64,000 nt of DNA from an uncultured virus (IMG/VR IMGVR_UViG_3300021256_000060) (Duplodnaviria > Heunggongvirae > Uroviricota > Caudoviricetes). The stretch is taken from IMG/VR virus record IMGVR_UViG_3300021256_000060; one strand, given 5' to 3'. The notes beneath the pieces are model-generated. The model saw only the letters and a list, made by a program, of their open reading frames with translations, did no database searches and was not told where the DNA came from. Below are positions 61,101 to 64,000 of this stretch, piece after piece (position 1 is the first letter of the stretch; each line of letters begins with the position of its first letter). The position numbers and the translations under genes were made by a program.

Positions 61101-64000
61101 CATAAAACTCGGCTAAAGCTCTAAGATTCTTGGCTTCATTAGTAACTTCATCACGTCCAAGATGCGAAATTACATCATAGCCAACTCCCATCTTATTATC
61201 TTTTATACCGCGTTCTTTTAACTCAGCAGACAGTTCGGCAGCTGATTTATCAGTGATTTCAGCATTTCCTAATTGAGCACTTCTTAATCTATTACCAAAT
61301 CCTTCAACTAAGCTAGCAACTCCACCTACAGCTCTACCTACTGTATTTTGTGCTACCCATTTACCGAATCCACCTGCTTTTCTTACACCACCAAAAGTGA
61401 AGTCTAAGATCTTCTCCATAGTAGATCCACCGGAGCCTCTTAGTACTCCTTCAATAGTATCTAGTACAGATTTAGATCCCTTTTTAAGAATATTCTTTAC
61501 TTCATCAGCTACTGGTTTGAGACCTCTTCCTAATGGTTTAGTAACGTCATCTCTAAACCACTTACCGAAATCCTTCTTCATCTTATCCATATTTTTCTTG
61601 AGAGGATTAGTAATATGACGTCTAATAGCACCAGCGAGGCCACCATGACGAACACCATTCTTATCCTTAGCACCAAGAAGGGTCTTCTTGAAGAGTTCAG
61701 TAGTAGATAGTAATCCTAGACCTGCTCCAAATACAGCATTTCCTAACAGACCGAATGGGCCTAAGAAGAATGTGGATAATACACCAGCGGCAATATTCGG
61801 GAAGGCCTTCTTGATAGCTTGCTTTCTATCCTTGTTCAGCAATCCACCCTTATCACCAAAGATGAATTTATTAGCTGATTCATTATTCTTGATATAGGAG
61901 CCAGCTATACCCATCATTAACCCACCAAGTGGACCAAATCCAGTTACAGCTCCTAGTAATGTACCGGCTATACCATACTTCTTAGCGTCAGGAACATACT
62001 TCTCTAGAGACTTAACAAACTTGGCAGAGATTAGACCATTCTCTTTTCTCTCACCAGTCTTATTACCATTAGCATCTACAATTTCTTCACCAAACATATA
62101 ATCCATAAAGGATTTATTGTTAGATAAGAGAGATACAGCAGCACCAGCAGCTGCACCAAATAAAGGACCACCTAATGGGAATACAGTACCTAAGAGAGCA
62201 CCAGCCATACCACCCTTCATCAGCTCAGGGGTATTATGAATAATATACTTCTTAGTCTCCTCTAAAGCTTTAGCAGGATCAGTACCTGTAGCTTGTAGAG
62301 CAAACTGCTGCATACCATTAGCAATACCAGTCTGACGTGAGTAGTCTTGGTTAAGCATCTCTTCATTAGAATCAAGCTTACCCTCATACCCTCCAGCTCT
62401 TATTGCTTTTTCAGCAAATCTCTGAAGATTTGGATTGTTTCTTATAGCAGGAGAATGCCATACGTATTGAAGAGCATTATTAAGCATTTCCTTATCATCA
62501 GGAGTAAGGTCTAGCTTATTTATAAACCCTCCAGCTTTACCTCCAGCATAATCTGCTACAAGATCGATAGCTAGATTAGGATCTAATCCATATTTCTGCA
62601 ATAGACTTTGAACAGGACTAATAGCACCAGCCAATTCATCTGGGGAGATCTTCTTAAATAAGTACGATACAAGATTCTCTTTACCCTCTGCAAATCCAGG
62701 AAGGTTCTTACTATATCCATCTCCATTAGATCCACTTATTCTACTAGTGATTCTATTCCGTATTCTATTCTCATTCTGATAATCAGCCATAGGATTAGCA
62801 CTCATTCGGCTAGGATTCCAAGGATTTTGATCAGATGGAATAACTACAGAATCATCATCAATAGTAGTAACACCACTCTTAGTGACATTAGTTGTTCCAC
62901 TACCATCAGAATTGAATACAGCTTCTCCCTTAGATACTATTGCCGGAAATTGGCCAAATGCTCTACCAGGGATATTAGATTCTCCTTCAGCTTCAGGATT
63001 TTCTTCCTTATTCTGCTGATTGAATTTACCTTCTTTAATATCAGTATATGTACCCTTTATTGAGTTCTTTACATCATCAAGTATAGACTTAGCTGAATTT
63101 TTTGCATTGTTTCCAAAGAAGGATAGCTTATCTTTAGCCTTAGCAGCGAAGTCATCAATATCTAAGTTAAAATTGTCTTTAACAAAGCCTTTAGCTTGTC
63201 CCCACCACTTACCTTTATTATCATTAAGCTTATTAGCAATATCAGATACGGTCTCATTAAGAGTAAGACCAGCTTTATTCATCTCATACATGACTTTGCC
63301 AAAGAATCCCTTTACAGGTCTTCCTTGTGCGTCTAACTCATCAGTTTCGCGACCAAATAAGAGGTCATACATCATGTTATCAACAGAGCTTATGATACCA
63401 GTCATCATAGCTCTAGGAGATGCCAATAGCTTATTGATATTAGCGCTAATAACGCCCATTTTATTTCCAAGGGTGCCTGCAGCTGCTAACTGCTTCAAGA
63501 AACTATCTTTAGGATTAGCTCCATAGCTTTTCAATTTCTGGTTCAGTTCTTTTTCACTAAGATCAGAACCCAAAATAGAATCAGCTATGCTATGTTCCAT
63601 GTCATAATTGTTTTCTCTGGCTTCTTTTTGAGATTTATCATATAAACGAGATAGCTCTACTCTATATTTATTAGCAGCATCTTCATCGTTCATGATTCTA
63701 CCAATATCACCAGTCTGCATATCTAATCTAGTATTATTTTGGATACCGTATCTTTTACCTTCAGATACCCAATATGCATCGTTCATGACATTGGCGCCTT
63801 CGGCAGTATAATGACGTTCAAGAATCATTCTTTCTAGATCTGTCAAACCATCAGGGTCTGGATCATCATCGGACCCGCCAGATTCTCCGTCATTTCCTTC
63901 TCCAGAGTTTCCTCCGTCTCCGCCGCCATTATTAGGACCACTATATCTTTTTCCCTTTTTGTGTTTGTATTTTCTAGGCTGCCCTAGATATCTACTATCT
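49120..64000 (-). CDS. giant tape-measure-like virion protein with multiple cell-wall hydrolase domains (5' end outside window, >4950 aa)
   Basis: Frame open past 63846 to window end; G/A-rich helical TMP-like N-region; C39-like, glucosaminidase, CHAP/NlpC-like, phage tail lysozyme and Amidase_2 motifs in C-region. Confidence 0.85.
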   Translation of the reverse strand, partial: DSRYLGQPRKYKHKKGKRYSGPNNGGGDGGNSGEGNDGESGGSDDDPDPDGLTDLERMILERHYTAEGANVMNDAYWVSEGKRYGIQNNTRLDMQTGDIGRIMNDEDAANKYRVELSRLYDKSQKEARENNYDMEHSIADSILGSDLSEKELNQKLKSYGANPKDSFLKQLAAAGTLGNKMGVISANINKLLASPRAMMTGIISSVDNMMYDLLFGRETDELDAQGRPVKGFFGKVMYEMNKAGLTLNETVSDIANKLNDNKGKWWGQAKGFVKDNFNLDIDDFAAKAKDKLSFFGNNAKNSAKSILDDVKNSIKGTYTDIKEGKFNQQNKEENPEAEGESNIPGRAFGQFPAIVSKGEAVFNSDGSGTTNVTKSGVTTIDDDSVVIPSDQNPWNPSRMSANPMADYQNENRIRNRITSRISGSNGDGYSKNLPGFAEGKENLVSYLFKKISPDELAGAISPVQSLLQKYGLDPNLAIDLVADYAGGKAGGFINKLDLTPDDKEMLNNALQYVWHSPAIRNNPNLQRFAEKAIRAGGYEGKLDSNEEMLNQDYSRQTGIANGMQQFALQATGTDPAKALEETKKYIIHNTPELMKGGMAGALLGTVFPLGGPLFGAAAGAAVSLLSNNKSFMDYMFGEEIVDANGNKTGERKENGLISAKFVKSLEKYVPDAKKYGIAGTLLGAVTGFGPLGGLMMGIAGSYIKNNESANKFIFGDKGGLLNKDRKQAIKKAFPNIAAGVLSTFFLGPFGLLGNAVFGAGLGLLSTTELFKKTLLGAKDKNGVRHGGLAGAIRRHITNPLKKNMDKMKKDFGKWFRDDVTKPLGRGLKPVADEVKNILKKGSKSVLDTIEGVLRGSGGSTMEKILDFTFGGVRKAGGFGKWVAQNTVGRAVGGVASLVEGFGNRLRSAQLGNAEITDKSAAELSAELKERGIKDNKMGVGYDVISHLGRDEVTNEAKNLRALAEFYDKGTGNASKRKEGEIFSNLQSTISKITENPEYTENATLVHSDLMDLAEKLRSGDDSEKINVGDELERIMRNSNFSIQDRKELEELFKSSNESFAGIREGRKWREEGDSEVVKKSLKRVREKYFNNSIDEDDLIKMLSNLAELLENENANRDKVKGRYAEDIAKAGGVMDASMFDPEKDLELKVKEMEATAENTDALNYLTATLRGENPTKFAKSLDLVKDMRGIKYAQQKSAAYLDEGLRRGQESTNAEYNANIDKLHGVNAFQTVQGLTEEAGDYVLNSKHRNKFGESFIQLNKALERGNTAIVEDFDKLFKLDPTGQAFSRIADLTILGLQIDPDQYKTIAELNDDGFKTAVEFVKMQIPVKDFSIFKDLEPAVAQNMIKFAAAQVTLEDGSVTTIGQQMIADEIQKLWTEGEHREGLTYKAGLDSSFSWVDEYSNPKNPNYHAFQNSITKSTEDRNSIKNQYKQGGMSGLEFDAITNGTTNAEIGALTGKYNGVVGAAQTVGKKALGLSKWAANKALDLGIWGADKATGRMRIGSNLAAAGRTGYAIATSPQFFNDFGAMYARQAWNATIGDKIIENVSTMLGDNVESMIIAAMYHPEETYEIAEAIYNKELNIEDGLSKFKELIGSSREMLAEDSMTSAQKRAKELEENDVSGKISELEEKLKDPNLSKKEKRSLRKELRKAKGMPQHAWGKAISTGAKAFEKGGWKGVAKGLFGGTLLGSLFGGDDDEEEKEKEKKDESNSADAEQDTAGGISSDAATAAGAAIGAIHSGNTVMGSAMSAPLKRGETMIIPTAYGPKTFTTSSTDGGMMSAHTKDNSEVDAKEQADIDRKERSLTALEKISNKLGNAGKKVKGAAKAAGGGLLDSLLGLAGLPFKVLGGLVDSLGALPFIGPLFLAVLGPIKNTFGKLAGKLGAEAAEDTAKAGAKAGAKAGAKSGGLVKGVIKSILGSKAGKVLAIAAAFLGYNLYDDAKAEASAASSDSKPDNEDKKEAQKTKPGKRKDDSVSVSGIYDDVTGKDYEKKGFIGKTVDNFLTPFGKAWETFKDHPILSTLGITAGGAALAGLNGWRKGGTTGVGNAIVKGLPKFGKIGKALAYGAGALGIGSAVKSVYDNSERAQHIKGDTLFNIRAYPEAYDKFGDLSYKEQAQCDAYMAAGKKPEEIFNWLERVRRLNHGKRLGEDEKGNSNARTKNDETLSSAGDTLKSGGRSLAISVASDKAARLWTKAPEGSFKHSLVSGGLATAYKFADGDYEGAADAGLGFAKNVGLTYASNKAFNWGIDKANRYADNAVQDLVNKYSSRPEYQKGVKDLVKKGMSPEAAQRKLAQDFAEKEGIKVFSKQGIAKGIRKVGEAASHLGTWGKAAAVGTGVIGGSYIMNTDEGAEDEAKNSIKQLGGNIVGAKAGEMLGARLGGGWKSRILGAVVGGQAGGMAMGGDFSVSDMVIDTGIAGVSTYMDWRKKGAAPSSIPDDVRAKISPEQLDKLDKATEKIKAKELRKAEIEKELKDPATSKSKARKLNAEMKTLNNDISKLTNKSKSIIGAAEKAAGKTATKAAETAKDATKAVQAGEKAAADAAKSSTSFMEKTSKTFKDAKDVITSKASNIATTAKTGIKDAAKAAEEVAENKGLITKIKEVIGYIRDGAAKYIPGGDKWKKGINVLCDAFEKHILSKQTFETVKKKVAQQASRFIPVIGWVLTAAFVASGVYEGLVHTEEILSIPPGTATLGMKAFAAILGVITAAPIFGLVPAKTWVDIAMKVCDAFDFGAEDLRKLRKQKEKDDKLTKDMADDKLVAKQNDYLQQQQTAHRKDGDWDKNISDSVRKDIDQRVKTTAEKHKDDPNFDKKKYEEMHKKSISEQVAITKKAGEDAVNKMQGNDKPQGKSLVRRGLDWASEKWDSFWGNDKNKDTHGGKFGNGKFGRGEEIPDYNKIDPQNDSIAVIKAKQAAQEKAKAEDKIAESKPVAEEQTPKPTTPEPVSKPTPVVPESKPAVAEPIFKQTKAVPDYNKIDPQNDSIAVIKAKQAAQEKAKAQAKIAESKPAEQTPKPTASIPEYNKIDKQNDSLTVIKAKQAAQDKIKSEFKSAQESAPIAKDQRPIARQDVGPLANKRFNTSQDTSKETVSSSACAAYSLENAFNGLEGQDPSGKRIGSLVKESLRFKHKDDGVDPGFIHKAATSRGYEAKDVNKSEFANAINSGKKVIGMGQSNKPGGPWGPGMHYEQFEKGSRPGYAKVYDSEESQVREYPIKDISNGMTNAVSLSKGTKDKRGVFTSNLTKMRRKAFMKGKGKYPWWFGRGKDFMNPEEIAIEISKNTKLPPELIWAQMSLETGHFESDLAKEHNYGGVKSAEGDAGFNNPRTQDNYTWTVTGEDNRHHSFFDNDQSFVNYMSWYYPRYKDEGLLDAKSPAEWAAALKRGGYYTADEGQYASNIEGIIKGDPDAVKRLQENRPSDAAPLSMTGGSGSKGGNASGSSRGGGNGGLLGAFWDAVKALLPGSMVGYVFGNDAFGSNGGSTGSSSVSGPYSSFGGGNIAEASKWAKSMEGTTGYGNNGCTEFVKRYLKKAGHKLGDYMEDCSPIMEEVKAAASHIPTSVDSTKAATLMWVPTLEQWAKDKGYFKDASQGGAEGDVCICNDHGHVIIADGQGGYWGNSSSKNKIVHGDSISGHYSSVQGYIATGSGNSVVSNDATTRTQAEMNADAGSSNAGVGQGKYGRGSQDSTMMQDLAMANSMDPIKDISAQLKPTTNFGETKAERTYAFGQGKYGREKSTGNDGGKLWTYMKSKGLSNQTTAGILGNFMAESSLYSDRLQNHDPSNGSDNCPVDGVTGYGLAQWTSDDRQQRLKDFAKSQGTQDSDWKTQIDYMLSGKDGNVKDMFATMDSQSPEDAAITFHDQFERSADDAQKKQRRAVFAREFYDKEGQGVSSDSSFSGGTNGSSGSSAKKDAGLMGWFKTELDKQISSSPAGAIWRAVYGSPNSSGNSGSSGGANAAAGSSLAGVKETGLTFSGELEKRSATNRIIVHHTGPGDDKTDPDAKTIHGWHQKNGWSGIGYHFVIRKDGSIERGRPEEMVGSHAQGSNSDSIGIHVGGAFEEYQPTEAQIGSLINLIRDLCKKYNIPVDRKHIIGHKEVNETSCPGANLYSKLDDIVKKASSGGVKNASVPQTTNPATPASSNTAAESKKEDAVATSSGGDEGKVDKNGNADIYSQEHDFVKQNNANGTVFSKNDIDYLVNQGYSTSEAVQYLRSQGQGKYGRAKYGRGAWDQAKNGIKAVAGPVVETVLDDPLVSAGMTLAGMTNPLGVAVNGASMVADSAERVQEEIENGNYHVNDYNADSYDDPSSNEYPQGKYGRGKFGRGGAYFGFTIFADGMPRDASKITITRDVESQCGVTLSNSSFVKGGRWKGFFKHGPKGEQESKELAGKVAQVLSQHGVSVVDTKFSTGNLPGTTVSPTIAPASTAAQAQTASPATNTPTSDTTNNGVYKSNLAKMREQVFINKSATPAAVPQVLKAEPAVPSANPTNNGVYESTLTKMRRQAFIKEAPAAQATPVQEPVKTAAVVPPVPKAEPVPPSQVIKPEAKKATEFSDPTILGKAAGPTPNHANAEQKKEEAVKDKPKSDAKKQRGIGGWFNRIAGTVRDFFSGGKREESTTQAPYGVGPNGLPYTKNDVDYLLKQGYTKEQAIDILSKDKRYTQKTSKSDAKKQRGIGGWFNRIAGTVRDIFSGANRNAKVTETEAPYGVGPNGLPYTKNDVDYLLKQGYTKEQAIDILSKDKRYTQKTSKDGDKTAPYGVGPNGLPYTKNDVDYLLKQGYTKEQAIDILSKDKRYTKKLTPREKAKVTAKTGRPMDPFSQIFNNIANIFNPTRASMQEAINLGNTAKSQTSNTSMIIGDESSGTSEEDTTNTSTTVNKVTGASRVPVRTTATQKVAEAPTNFTELLEEQKKTNSLLEGILKAIVANGQGTTKQTTPSVPGMSVFGGNSGYMSELNGKSYTPIAKSLDWISEPK
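49649..50285 (-). repeat. near-identical intragenic repeats
   Basis: 3x APYGVGPNGLPYTKNDVDYLLKQGYTKEQAIDILSKDKRYT and 2x KSDAKKQRGIGGWFNRIAGTVRD.FSG, nearly identical at DNA level. Confidence 0.9.
54880..55330 (-). repeat. 3x P(D/E)YNKID.QNDS..VIKAKQAAQ repeat
   Basis: Visible in translation and DNA. Confidence 0.85.

Noticed and set aside
49172..63526. Many + strand ORFs up to 285 aa opposite the giant gene (and similar antisense ORFs elsewhere, e.g. 38616-39248)
   Set aside because: Shadow frames of strongly codon-biased genes; no RBS or recognisable motifs
1..64000. Stop-codon reassignment
   Set aside because: Code 11 gives dense, long, well-coupled ORFs, and TAG, TGA and TAA all occur at gene ends
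1..64000. tRNA or rRNA genes
   Set aside because: No cloverleaf or T-loop signatures seen in the short intergenic gaps (by eye only)

Overview
This is a 64-kb segment of an AT-rich jumbo bacteriophage genome of the AR9/PBS1-like (phiKZ-related) type, using genetic code 11 with strong GGAGG RBSs; the host is probably a Bacillota member (inference). It encodes split multisubunit RNA polymerase subunits: a non-virion beta'-N carrying the catalytic DYDGD motif and a probable virion beta'-C. It also has baseplate/tail and inner-head structural genes, a RusA resolvase, two tandem RNase H-like genes, a PolB-palm-like protein, a kinase-like protein, a Tad2/DUF2829 anti-defence sponge and many small early ORFans. 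Main observations: (1) a 540-nt ORF-less group II intron (3203-3742, minus) sits 4 nt after the codons of the RNAP catalytic motif, with EBS1 matched to this site and an atypical UU bulge in domain V. (2) A >4,950-aa virion protein, running off the window end, carries five different cell-wall-hydrolase-type modules punctuated by a recurring GK(Y/F)GR(G) motif, suggesting a processed polyprotein. (3) Two phage promoter classes can be read directly: 13 early RTATAYTATA-N3-RTG sites and 7 late GACAT-N5-TAR sites. (4) These promoters reveal two candidate small non-coding RNAs with their own terminators. (5) A set of early proteins has prion-like or Q-rich low-complexity domains, two of them next to the kinase. 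Family assignments come from motif recognition by eye, not database searches.
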